Shown here one piece after another: positions 10,544-19,218 of a DNA stretch of 36,464 nt. The notes below the pieces were generated by a model. The model did no database searches and was not told the origin of the DNA. It was given only the letters and a program-made list of their open reading frames with translations. The position numbers were made by a program, and so were the translations under genes. Source of the DNA: an uncultured Polaribacter sp. (GTDB lineage Bacteria > Bacteroidota > Bacteroidia > Flavobacteriales > Flavobacteriaceae); contig CALHCK010000243.1 of assembly GCA_937936695.1 (NCBI GenBank), forward strand, positions 1 through 36,464, given 5' to 3'. Positions within the stretch are counted from its first letter, which is position 1, and every line of letters begins with the position of its first letter.

Positions 10544-11075
10544 AATAAGGAGATATCATTACATATACAACAACCCCAGTAACAGCAACATACAACCATA
10601 AAGGAAAAGTAATTTTTGCTATTTTTTTATGTGCAGGAAAATCACCTAATCTTGCTCTAATAAACGTAGTTAACACAAAAGGGATAACAACTACAGAAAG
10701 TATAATATGGGTAATCAATATAAAATAATATACATATTTTATAACACCTTCACCACCAAATTTAGTAGAATCTGATGTCATATGGTACGCAATATATAGT
10801 AATAAGAAAATTACGGAAAAGGTTATTGCCGTAACATTTAATTTTTCATGTAAACCTCTATTTCCTTTCTTAATTGCTATTACGGCTGCAACTAATAAAA
10901 CTGCAGTAAAACCATTTATGGCAGCGTAAATTGGAGGTAAAAAGGTTAATGGTTGCACATTAAAACCTAACTTTTTTAAATTAACACCAAATAAAGCAGC
11001 TACTGCTAATGGTATTACAATAGATAAAATAGTAATAATTTTTTTGTACTTTTTTTCTTGTGATAAATTACTCAT
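10536..11075 (-). CDS. DUF420 membrane protein (CtaM/YozB-like oxidase assembly factor)
   Basis: AAING, FLLLYIAYH, ILITHIIL, HKKIAKITFPLWLYVAVTG. Confidence 0.9.
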   Translation of the reverse strand: MSNLSQEKKYKKIITILSIVIPLAVAALFGVNLKKLGFNVQPLTFLPPIYAAINGFTAVLLVAAVIAIKKGNRGLHEKLNVTAITFSVIFLLLYIAYHMTSDSTKFGGEGVIKYVYYFILITHIILSVVVIPFVLTTFIRARLGDFPAHKKIAKITFPLWLYVAVTGVVVYVMISPYYA

Positions 11076-11715
11076 TCAACAAAATTTTAATATCCTCTTT
11101 TAATTCTTTTATTTGATCTGCAAAACCTTGCTCTTCTATCGCTCTATAAAATAAAATAGGATTGCCATGTTCATCTTTTCTAGATCTTATATATCCGTCT
11201 TTATCTACCAAAGCAAACAAACCAGAATGCTCAAAACCTGCATGATCTTCTCCTCCTTTTCCTGCAAATAGTTTAAAACCTTTATTAGATAACGCATAAA
11301 CAACCTCTTCAGATTTACCTGTTAATAAATGCCAATTGTTATGAGTAATACCATTATTTTTTGCAAACTCTAACAATTGTTTTGGTGTATCTATTTCAGG
11401 TGTAATAGATATTGATGCAATTCCGAAATTAGGATTTCCTAAAAAGCTATCTTGTAACGTTAACATTTTTTGGTTCATAAGAGGGCAAATCGTTGGGCAA
11501 GTAGTAAAAAAGAATTCTACAACATATACCTTACCCTCATAATCTTTATTTGTTATTGTTTTTCCTTTTTGATTTATAAATTCAAATTCAGGAACTTTAT
11601 TAAACTTGTGTAGGTTACCCGCAGCTTTAAAGTGATTAACCACTTTTGGAACCGTATAAATACCAAACAACAAAATAACAAATGCAATACCTACGTAAGA
11701 GTATTTTTTTCCCAT
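11068..11715 (-). CDS. SCO1/SenC family copper chaperone
   Basis: FFFTTCPTICP (CxxxC), HSGLFALVDKDG, N-terminal TM. Confidence 0.93.
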   Translation of the reverse strand: MGKKYSYVGIAFVILLFGIYTVPKVVNHFKAAGNLHKFNKVPEFEFINQKGKTITNKDYEGKVYVVEFFFTTCPTICPLMNQKMLTLQDSFLGNPNFGIASISITPEIDTPKQLLEFAKNNGITHNNWHLLTGKSEEVVYALSNKGFKLFAGKGGEDHAGFEHSGLFALVDKDGYIRSRKDEHGNPILFYRAIEEQGFADQIKELKEDIKILLNE

Positions 11716-11718
11716 AAA

Positions 11719-12378
11719 CTATTTCTGTATTCTATCTGCTTTATTTTTATTTCTCTCTTTAAAAGCAGCATAATATTCATAAAACAACACATTAACATCA
11801 TCTTTAAGTTTATTATTCAACTCTGCTACAGAGTTTAGATTATAACCGTAAAGTGTTGGCTCGTTATTTTCTATATTTTTTAACCTACCTCTTAAATTTA
11901 CTTTTTTATCAATTAAAAAAGCTTTAGATGAAGCTAAATCAACTAGAGGTTCTTTGTAAGAAAAACTACTATACAATGCATCTATTTCTTTTTCTGATGA
12001 AGATAAAAACACCCATTTTTGCATATCTGTAAAAGCAGCTATTTCTTGTTTTAAAGTATTTGCTTCTTTTTCTTTACCCGATGGATAAATGGCTATAATT
12101 TGAAACTTTTTGTAGTCAAAAAACTTCTTATATATCTTTTCATTTAAACTAAAAAGACCCGATTTATTTTCTGTTACATTATTTCCTAAAAAACATACGA
12201 TAGTAATATGATCTTTAAACTTATAATTAGTATCTATTTCATTTACATCTATTACGTTTTCTGTTATAATAGGTAGTTTTGTAAAATTATTTTCTCCGGT
12301 AGATAATATGAGAAAACATATTAACGGAAAAATAAAAAGCAGAAATAAAACAATTCTTTTTTTAGATAAAAACTTCAT
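11719..12378 (-). CDS. Membrane-anchored SCO/thioredoxin-like protein lacking CxxxC
   Basis: N-terminal TM; WVFL...AFLIDKKVNLRG...LKDDVNVL parallels the SCO C-terminal half. Confidence 0.65.
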   Translation of the reverse strand: MKFLSKKRIVLFLLFIFPLICFLILSTGENNFTKLPIITENVIDVNEIDTNYKFKDHITIVCFLGNNVTENKSGLFSLNEKIYKKFFDYKKFQIIAIYPSGKEKEANTLKQEIAAFTDMQKWVFLSSSEKEIDALYSSFSYKEPLVDLASSKAFLIDKKVNLRGRLKNIENNEPTLYGYNLNSVAELNNKLKDDVNVLFYEYYAAFKERNKNKADRIQK

Positions 12379-12407
12379 AAATAATTAAAATAAATACTGT
12401 TTTATGC

Positions 12408-12438
12408 AAAAAAAAGGTGGTTAAAACCACCACCTTTT
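12408..12438 (-). terminator. Intrinsic terminator inside the cox cluster, after subunit IV
   Basis: AAAAGGTGGT-N7-ACCACCTTTT with a long U tract on the minus strand. Confidence 0.7.
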
Positions 12439-12454
12439 ATATTGTACTATTTGA

Positions 12455-12796
12455 TTACCATCTTACAAGTGGAGACAATGTATCGTATAAATAACCACCT
12501 TCTATTAAAACTAAAGTTACTAAATAACAGATTAAGAAAATAGCACTCCAAACAATAGAGCGTCTAAACCATTTCTTTTCTCCTTCTAAGTGCATAAATG
12601 CCCATGCTATATAATAAGCTTTAACTAATGTTAAAATAATAAATATCCAGTTTAACGGACTTGTTCCTAAAACAGAACTTAAGTGTAAAGAAGCTGGTTT
12701 AATAATACCTAATACTACCTCTACAGTTGTTAAAAGAGATAAAATAACAAGTACTACCCAGATTCTTTTTGTATTTGATTCGTGTGCGTGTGCCAT
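12455..12796 (-). CDS. Cytochrome c oxidase subunit IV family protein
   Basis: Three TMs, LTLVKAYYIAWAFMHLEGE. Confidence 0.9.
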   Translation of the reverse strand: MAHAHESNTKRIWVVLVILSLLTTVEVVLGIIKPASLHLSSVLGTSPLNWIFIILTLVKAYYIAWAFMHLEGEKKWFRRSIVWSAIFLICYLVTLVLIEGGYLYDTLSPLVRW

Positions 12797-12818
12797 CTTT
12801 AAATAAATTTTAATGCAA

Positions 12819-13802
12819 TTATACTAAGTAGAAAAAAGTAAAAACAAATACCCAAACTAAATCTACAAAGTGCCAGTATAAACCAACTTTTTCTACCATT
12901 TCATAATGTCCTCTTCTTTCGTATGTTCCTAAAATAACATTAAAGAAAATAATAATATTTAAAATGATACCTGATAATACGTGAAATCCGTGGAAACCAG
13001 TAATAAAGAAAAAGAAATCAGCAAAAATAGTATTACCATATTCATTTACTTTAAGGTTAGCACCTTCTACAACCATTTTAGTTTTAGCCAATTGCTTTAA
13101 CCCTTCTTCTCTAGATAAAACAACTTTTGTTTTGGTTTTCATATCTATTAATTCTGAACGAACCAATATTGATGGATCTGCTTTGTATGCATTAACTACT
13201 TGCGCTACAGAATACTGAGATATTGTACCCTCTTTTTCAAACCACAATCCGTTTTTTCTTGTATGTTGCTCTCTGTGGTCTTGTCTTTCTCCATGAACAA
13301 AATCAGATAATGCAATCTGATGTCCATCTTTAGTAAACTGTAAAATTTTACCATCAGTAGTTTTTACAGCACCGTAAGAACCATTAATAAAATTTTTCCA
13401 TTCCCAAGCCTGAGAACCAACAAAAATAATTCCAAAAATAATTGTAGCAAACATATACCAAGCTACCTTTTTTTGTTTCATTTGATGACCAGCATCTACT
13501 GCCAATACCATTGTTACCGAAGAAACAATAAGTATAAATGTCATTAAAGCCACATAATACATTGGTGCATGTACACCATGTAAACCAGGGAAGTGAGTAA
13601 ACACTTCATCGGCTATAGGCCAAGAATCAATAAATTTAAAACGGGTTAAACCGTAAGCTGCCAAAAACCCCGAAAAGGTTAATGCATCTGAAACGATAAA
13701 AAACCACATCATCATTTTACCATAACTTGCACCAAATGGTTTTGCACCACCACCGCTCCAAGTGTCTTTACTATCAGTAGGTACAGCAATATTTGCTTCC
13801 AT
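12819..13802 (-). CDS. Cytochrome c oxidase subunit III (with large soluble insertion)
   Basis: MWFFIVSDALTF, LIVSSVTM, FFITGFHGFHV, GLYWHFVDLVW. Confidence 0.93.
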   Translation of the reverse strand: MEANIAVPTDSKDTWSGGGAKPFGASYGKMMMWFFIVSDALTFSGFLAAYGLTRFKFIDSWPIADEVFTHFPGLHGVHAPMYYVALMTFILIVSSVTMVLAVDAGHQMKQKKVAWYMFATIIFGIIFVGSQAWEWKNFINGSYGAVKTTDGKILQFTKDGHQIALSDFVHGERQDHREQHTRKNGLWFEKEGTISQYSVAQVVNAYKADPSILVRSELIDMKTKTKVVLSREEGLKQLAKTKMVVEGANLKVNEYGNTIFADFFFFITGFHGFHVLSGIILNIIIFFNVILGTYERRGHYEMVEKVGLYWHFVDLVWVFVFTFFYLV

Positions 13803-13837
13803 ATATATTCTCTGTTAATTAGTTTTAATTAATTCCG

Positions 13838-13845
13838 CAAAAATA
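13838..13845 (-). promoter_or_regulatory. Candidate internal -7 element before the second subunit III gene
   Basis: TATTTTTG on the minus strand in the 54-nt gap. Confidence 0.45.
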
Positions 13846-13856
13846 ACTATTTTTCA

Positions 13857-14444
13857 TCACCTAATAAAATAGAAAAAGAAAAATAGATAAATCCATAGTA
13901 TATCTACAAAATGCCAGAAGATTGCACCGAGTTCAAACCCAAGCATATTGTCTGATTTGTATTTATATTTAAAATGATTATAAATAACAACAAATAATAC
14001 AACTACCCCTGCTAACAGGTGTAAAACATGCATAAATGTTATTCCTATAATAAAAGATGTAGACACTGTACTGTTAGGTCCTGTAAAAAATAAACCAATA
14101 CTTTTTAACTGATTAAAGCCTACATATTGTTGCCAAATAAACCCTAAACCTAAAATTAGCGTAACTATTGTAAACAGTAATGATAATTGTCTGTTGTCTT
14201 TCTTTAAAAATCTTTGTGCCAAAATTAAAGTAACACTACTAAGAATAATTAAAATTGTACTTACATATAATGCTTGAGGCAATTCAAAAGAAACCCAATC
14301 ATCTCTCTTCATACTTATTACATAAGCACTTGTTAGTCCTGCAAAAAACATTACCATACTAATCATAGAAACCCACAACATAGGTTTTGCAGATTTTTTC
14401 TTAGCTACTTTTAATTCTTCTTGTACTCTTTGTTCTTGTATCAT
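13857..14444 (-). CDS. Cytochrome c oxidase subunit III family (short paralog)
   Basis: MFFAGLTSAY, LSSVT, HVLHLLAG, FWHFVDILWIYL. Confidence 0.92.
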   Translation of the reverse strand: MIQEQRVQEELKVAKKKSAKPMLWVSMISMVMFFAGLTSAYVISMKRDDWVSFELPQALYVSTILIILSSVTLILAQRFLKKDNRQLSLLFTIVTLILGLGFIWQQYVGFNQLKSIGLFFTGPNSTVSTSFIIGITFMHVLHLLAGVVVLFVVIYNHFKYKYKSDNMLGFELGAIFWHFVDILWIYLFFFFYFIR

Positions 14445-14445
14445 T

Positions 14446-15348
14446 CTAATGTAAAAATTTATCTACCACATATACAATAGGCACTACAGTTATATACAAA
14501 ATACTAGACAGCATTAGTTTTCTGGCATCTGTATTTTCTAAGCTTTTATGTAATTTAACCCCAAAATACAGCATGTAAGCACCTAATAAAGTTATAATAA
14601 CAGCCGTTATTGGATAAATGTAAAATGCCCCTGAAAGTTTTAATACTGGTGCAATAGACACTAAAATCATAATTATTGTATAAAAAATAATTTGTTTAAC
14701 AGCCCCTGTATCTTTTGTATTCATAGGTAACATATTAAATCCTGCTTTTTTATACTCTTCGTACTGCAACCAACCAATTGCCCAAAAGTGCGGAAATTGC
14801 CAAAAGAATTGTACCATAAACAAAAACCCTGCCTCTATACCAAAATTATTTGTTGCAGCTACCCAACCTAACATAAAAGGGATAGCACCTGGTATTGCTC
14901 CTACAAAAACAGCTAAAGGTGTTACTGGTTTTAAAGGAGTATACACACTAGTATATAAAAAGATAGAAATAGCACCAAATAATGCCGTTTTAGGGTTAAT
15001 ACTATATAAAATAGCAATTCCTAAAATTGTAAAAAGAATAGCAATTACCAAAGCAACATTTACAGACATTCTACCTGTAGGAATCGGCCTATTCTGAGTA
15101 CGTTTCATAATAGAATCTGTTTCTTTTTCTATTATTTGATTAAATGCATTTGATGCACCTACCATAAAAAAGCCTCCTAAACCTAATAAAAAAAGCACAA
15201 AATAATCTACATCTTCTATTGCTAATAAATAACCAGCAATAGAGGTAAAAACTACACTTAAAGACAAACCAACTTTGGTAAGCTGTTTAAAATCTGAAAT
15301 AATAATTTTCATTGATGTTTTATTGTCTGAAATTACTGTTGATTCCAT
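14446..15348 (-). CDS. cyoE: Heme o synthase (protoheme IX farnesyltransferase, CyoE/CtaB)
   Basis: NQIIEKETDSIMKRTQNRPIPTG, YTPLK, GAIPGAIP, WQFPHFWA. Confidence 0.97.
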   Translation of the reverse strand: MESTVISDNKTSMKIIISDFKQLTKVGLSLSVVFTSIAGYLLAIEDVDYFVLFLLGLGGFFMVGASNAFNQIIEKETDSIMKRTQNRPIPTGRMSVNVALVIAILFTILGIAILYSINPKTALFGAISIFLYTSVYTPLKPVTPLAVFVGAIPGAIPFMLGWVAATNNFGIEAGFLFMVQFFWQFPHFWAIGWLQYEEYKKAGFNMLPMNTKDTGAVKQIIFYTIIMILVSIAPVLKLSGAFYIYPITAVIITLLGAYMLYFGVKLHKSLENTDARKLMLSSILYITVVPIVYVVDKFLH

Positions 15349-15365
15349 TTTATTTAACTAGCCTA

Positions 15366-15373
15366 CAAAGATA
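15366..15373 (-). promoter_or_regulatory. -7 element for cyoE
   Basis: TATCTTTG on the minus strand, 17 nt upstream of the ATG. Confidence 0.6.
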
Positions 15374-15422
15374 TTTGATAATTATGACTTTACCATATTT
15401 TTAAGTAGGTTTTACTTTAAAT

Positions 15423-15450
15423 AAAAAACCCACTCAATAAATTGAGTGGG
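15423..15450 (-). terminator. Intrinsic terminator (ends the candidate sRNA and probably the remB-like operon)
   Basis: 10-bp arms CCCACTCAAT/ATTGAGTGGG followed by U6 on the minus strand. Confidence 0.85.
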
Positions 15451-15498
15451 AAAATTGCTATGAAAAAGAAAAAGTGTGACTTAATTAAAAATCACACT
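15423..15498 (-). ncRNA. Candidate small RNA (hairpin, single-stranded anti-start seed, terminator)
   Basis: TATATTTG at 15507-15500, then AGTGTGA-N12-TCACACT, TTTTCTTTTTCATAGCAATTTT, and CCCACTCAAT-TT-ATTGAGTGGG-TTTTTT. Confidence 0.6.
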
Positions 15499-15548
15499 GC
15501 AAATATACGAATAAATGTATTTAATATTAACATCAAATACAAAAAAAA

Positions 15549-17627
15549 TTAAAAATCTAGGTACCAATTAAACAAATCTGCCTTAATACCTATAGAAAAC
15601 CATGTAGTTGTTCCTTCAGGAAAACCATTTGCATTTATTGTAGGTGCAAAATCTCTATATGTAAAACTTGCAAATAAGCTTGTATTATTGGCTGCATTTA
15701 CTAAATAACGCGCCTGCAAATCTGCTATTAAAATATTTGCTGTATTACCTTGTGCTAATTCATTTCCTGTATCTCCTATTCTTCTATCATTAGATTGAAA
15801 AATGTCTCCACCAAAACTAGTAGTTGGTTGATCAATAAAATCAAAACCTTTTTTACCATAAATTAATTTAGCAAAAGCACTCCATCTTCCTTTTTTATAA
15901 TTTGCTATACCAACAGTTTCCCAAAAATTTGCTCCCCATAAGTGTGCTAATGGTTGACTATAATGTCCGAAATTTAAAAGTGGTGTTTTATGAGAAAAAG
16001 TATAAGGTCTTGCATAGTTATACTCTAATTGTAAAAATAAATTCTCAACATTAAAAGCATTAAAATATTTTGCTCCTAGTTGTAAACCAAATTTATTTCT
16101 CCAATCACTTAAATCCCCTAAATTACCAATAGAAAACTCATCTATAGCCAATTGAGAATATAATGCAACGTTATCTGTTAACTTATATTTACCTGTTAAA
16201 CCTAAAATTGCATTTCCAACATCTGCACCTCTGTTAAACTCTACAGATCTAAAAACTAATAATGGATTTAAGAAAGAAATATCAATTCCGTTTTCACCAG
16301 CAGATACTGCAGCTTCAAAGAAACCAAGATTCAATCTTTTGTTAAGGTTTATACTTAAATGATGTAAGGCTATATATTTTCTTAAATGCGCTCTGTTATT
16401 AGTATTTGCCAAATTTTCTCTTACATCTTGCCCCCACATCCAAATATTAGAATACCTAAACTTCCATAAATCTACATTCATTTTTAAGTAGGTTGTAGGT
16501 GATGACACATCTGAAAGCACAAAAGATCTGTACCCGTCTCCAATAAAGTTTTTACCATGACCAAATTGAAATAAAAAGAATTTATTTGGTTTGTATGAAA
16601 GATACCCTTCTGCTACTGGATAATCAAAAGAATCTTCTTTAAAACCTTTTGCTTTACCTCTACCAGGAACCAAGCCTTCTGAACTTATAGGTTTAAAATT
16701 TTCTTTATCTGGGTTAGATATAAAACTATTTACATAATCTGCAAACCTTCCCTGACTCTCGTAATATGTTGCAGAAAAAGCTATTTTTTTACCTAAAGAT
16801 CCGTTTGCTGTTAAAATTCTAGAATTATTATAGGTATAATCTACATCAGAATTATCTTTTCCTAACTGAGTATCTAACAGAAAATCTAAAGTTAACCAAT
16901 AATCTTCTTTTTTCACTTCTAACAAATGCTCATTCCAAACTTTTTTACCAACCCACGTTTCTTTATTAGGCTTTAAAAACTGCTTTTTAGCTGCTGTTAA
17001 ATTATAATATTCATTTACCTCTTTAAAAGTATATGGTTTAGATGCTGTATGCGTATCATCTGCTTTATGTAAAGCATACTCATAATCAATATATCTTTGG
17101 TGTGTAAACGGAATATTAAGGTAGCTGTTGTGTTCTACAAACAACGAATCTTCTGCTCTAGTTTTGTTTACTACCTCTTGTAAACTTGCTTTTTTCTTAG
17201 GTACAAATGTTTTTACAGCTGTTAACTTTGTTTTCTTTTTTCCGACAGGAAATTTAATAGGAAGCACAAATTTCATTTCTACAGGATGATTGTTATACCA
17301 ACCTGGTTTTATATTTGGAAATGTTTTAAATACTCTAGAAACTTCTTCTTTTAATTGATCGTATGGTGTATTTACATAAATCAGTTTAAAATCTCCTGTA
17401 TTAGTTACTACAAATAAAATATTTGCTGTTCCTTTAAAATTTTCTTGTTCTACAACTGTAGGTGTTTTAAATTCTTTAAAGAAATGTTTTTTAGATTCTT
17501 CTAAAAAACAATCTTCTAAGTTGTTAATTTCTGCTCCTTTACAGGCATCAAAAACAGGATATTTTTCTGATTGAGCAAATAGTAGTGAGGGGAATAATAA
17601 AACTAGTAATATGTATTTTTTTATCAT
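15549..17627 (-). CDS. remB: RemB-like outer-membrane protein with an N-terminal TonB C-terminal-like domain
   Basis: Signal peptide; YPVFDAC...CF...PVEMKFVLPIKF (TonB_C-like); barrel-like region with GHGKNFIGDGYRSFVLSD, EYNYARPYTFSH, PLAHLWGANF; terminal Phe; upstream of cyoE. Confidence 0.75.
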   Translation of the reverse strand: MIKKYILLVLLFPSLLFAQSEKYPVFDACKGAEINNLEDCFLEESKKHFFKEFKTPTVVEQENFKGTANILFVVTNTGDFKLIYVNTPYDQLKEEVSRVFKTFPNIKPGWYNNHPVEMKFVLPIKFPVGKKKTKLTAVKTFVPKKKASLQEVVNKTRAEDSLFVEHNSYLNIPFTHQRYIDYEYALHKADDTHTASKPYTFKEVNEYYNLTAAKKQFLKPNKETWVGKKVWNEHLLEVKKEDYWLTLDFLLDTQLGKDNSDVDYTYNNSRILTANGSLGKKIAFSATYYESQGRFADYVNSFISNPDKENFKPISSEGLVPGRGKAKGFKEDSFDYPVAEGYLSYKPNKFFLFQFGHGKNFIGDGYRSFVLSDVSSPTTYLKMNVDLWKFRYSNIWMWGQDVRENLANTNNRAHLRKYIALHHLSINLNKRLNLGFFEAAVSAGENGIDISFLNPLLVFRSVEFNRGADVGNAILGLTGKYKLTDNVALYSQLAIDEFSIGNLGDLSDWRNKFGLQLGAKYFNAFNVENLFLQLEYNYARPYTFSHKTPLLNFGHYSQPLAHLWGANFWETVGIANYKKGRWSAFAKLIYGKKGFDFIDQPTTSFGGDIFQSNDRRIGDTGNELAQGNTANILIADLQARYLVNAANNTSLFASFTYRDFAPTINANGFPEGTTTWFSIGIKADLFNWYLDF

Positions 17628-17628
17628 C

Positions 17629-18207
17629 TTATAATTTTAAAACCGAATTGTTTTTTAATTGATATTTTTGATTGCTTTCTTTACAAACAGCAAATCCGTC
17701 TTTATTAAATGTTAATGTGTGCCCATACTCGCTAACCCAACCTATTTGTTTAGACGGGTTACCTACTACCAAAGCATAAGGTAATACCTCTTTTGTTACT
17801 ACAGCTCCTGCACCAATAAGTGCATATTTACCTATTGTATTTCCACAAATAATTGTAGCATTTGCACCTATAGTTGCTCCTTTTTTTACCAAGGTTTTTT
17901 TGTACGCATCCTTTCTTACAATTGCACTTCTAGGATTAGTTATATTTGTAAAAACCATAGAAGGCCCTAAAAAAACATCATCTTCACAAATAACCCCTGT
18001 ATAAACAGATACGTTGTTTTGTACTTTTACATTTGTACCTAAAATTACATCAGGAGATATTACAACATTCTGACCGATATTGCATTTTTTACCTATAGTA
18101 CAATTAGACATAATATGGCTAAAGTGCCATATTTTGGTATCTTTACCAATACTGCAATTTTCATCAATTACGGCAGTTTCATGTGCAAAATAGTCTTTCA
18201 AAATCAA
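17629..18207 (-). CDS. Hexapeptide-repeat N-acetyltransferase, WbpD/WlbB-like
   Basis: [42 protein letters not shown]. Start is TTG 18207 or 18201; TACTTTTG at 18231-18224 upstream. Confidence 0.88.
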   Translation of the reverse strand: MILKDYFAHETAVIDENCSIGKDTKIWHFSHIMSNCTIGKKCNIGQNVVISPDVILGTNVKVQNNVSVYTGVICEDDVFLGPSMVFTNITNPRSAIVRKDAYKKTLVKKGATIGANATIICGNTIGKYALIGAGAVVTKEVLPYALVVGNPSKQIGWVSEYGHTLTFNKDGFAVCKESNQKYQLKNNSVLKL

Positions 18208-18311
18208 TTTATTTTTTCTGCATCAAAAGTAAAAAAAAATGTTTCTAATATCATTTACGAAACTACAATTATTTATTTACTTGTTGTTAATGCATTTACA
18301 CTCATCTAAAC

Positions 18312-18337
18312 AAAAAACTCAACCTTAAAGGTTGAGT
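18312..18337 (-). terminator. Intrinsic terminator after the second tonB
   Basis: ACTCAACCTT-A-AAGGTTGAGT with a U tract on the minus strand. Confidence 0.8.
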
Positions 18338-18343
18338 CTAATT

Positions 18344-19096
18344 TTAATCTAATTTAAAAGATATGGGCAGTGTGTATTTTACTTTTACTTTTTGATTGTG
18401 CTGTTTACCTGGTTTAAATTTGGGTAATTTATTTATAACCCTATTAGCTTCTTCTTTTAAAGCTTTATTTTTTGTTCCTATTTTTACATCTATCACTTCT
18501 CCTTTTTTATCAATTATAAATTGAGTATAAATTCTATGTATTCCTGAATTTAAACCCAGTTCATTTGCAATATCTACATCAAAATTACGCTGCACAAATT
18601 GCTTCATCTTTCTATCAAAACATTTTTTGTTTTCTAGTTTATTTAATCCTTCACACCCTTTAAATATTGGTGCACTTTGTATATTTATAAAAGGAACGTC
18701 CTCTTCGTAATTATCTTCAGGTTCATCTTCTTCATAAAGAGATTCAATATCTATTAAGTTTTCTGTAGATTCAAAACTGTCTTTACTAATCACTTTTTCT
18801 ATGATACTATTGTCGGTTTGTTCTATTTTTTCGTCTAAAAGTAACTTTTGTGTTTTTTGAATCTTTATTTTCTTAGGTTTTATAGCTTCTTCTTTTACAA
18901 AAACATAAACTTTGTTTTCTGCTATTTCATACAGTGTTCTATCGTCTTTATTATTAACAACAGCTACAGATTTTATTTCTGTTTTATATTCTAATGTTAC
19001 ATACACAATAAACAACACAAGCACTAGAGACAATTGTGTAAAAATGGTAGAAAACTTTTCTAGTTGTTGTTTCGGGATTTTTTTGATAATTTTCAT
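18344..19096 (-). CDS. tonB: Energy transducer TonB family protein (paralog of 5219-5941)
   Basis: N-terminal TM; PIFKGC...CF...FIIDKKG...PGKQHNQKVKVKYTLPI. Confidence 0.88.
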   Translation of the reverse strand: MKIIKKIPKQQLEKFSTIFTQLSLVLVLFIVYVTLEYKTEIKSVAVVNNKDDRTLYEIAENKVYVFVKEEAIKPKKIKIQKTQKLLLDEKIEQTDNSIIEKVISKDSFESTENLIDIESLYEEDEPEDNYEEDVPFINIQSAPIFKGCEGLNKLENKKCFDRKMKQFVQRNFDVDIANELGLNSGIHRIYTQFIIDKKGEVIDVKIGTKNKALKEEANRVINKLPKFKPGKQHNQKVKVKYTLPISFKLD

Positions 19097-19131
19097 GAGT
19101 ATAAGTTTTAAAATGTTAAAAACTTGTTAAA

Positions 19132-19147
19132 ACCAAATAACATGCCA
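19132..19147 (-). promoter_or_regulatory. Candidate sigma-54 (-24/-12) promoter
   Basis: TGGCATG-TTAT-TTGGT versus consensus TGGCACG-N4-TTGCW. Confidence 0.5.
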
Positions 19148-19151
19148 AAAT

Positions 19152-19183
19152 AAAAAAGCAGTATTAATTTAATAACACTGCTT
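19152..19183 (-). terminator. Intrinsic terminator after DUF3109
   Basis: Minus strand AAGCAGTGTTA-ttaaat-TAATACTGCTT-TTTT (one G-U pair). Confidence 0.7.
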
Positions 19184-19218
19184 AATTCTTTGATTACAAA
19201 CAACCTACTTTTAGTATG

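Noticed and set aside
15475-15496. TGTGA...TCACA as a CRP/FNR-family site
   Set aside because: The spacer is 12 nt, not the canonical 6. An RNA hairpin or another operator type is more plausible.
15460-15552. Plus-strand 30-aa ORF MKKKKCDLIK... antisense to the candidate sRNA
   Set aside because: No plus-strand promoter seen, and it runs into the remB-like stop. Promoter and terminator polarity favour the minus strand. Not fully excluded without Ribo-seq.
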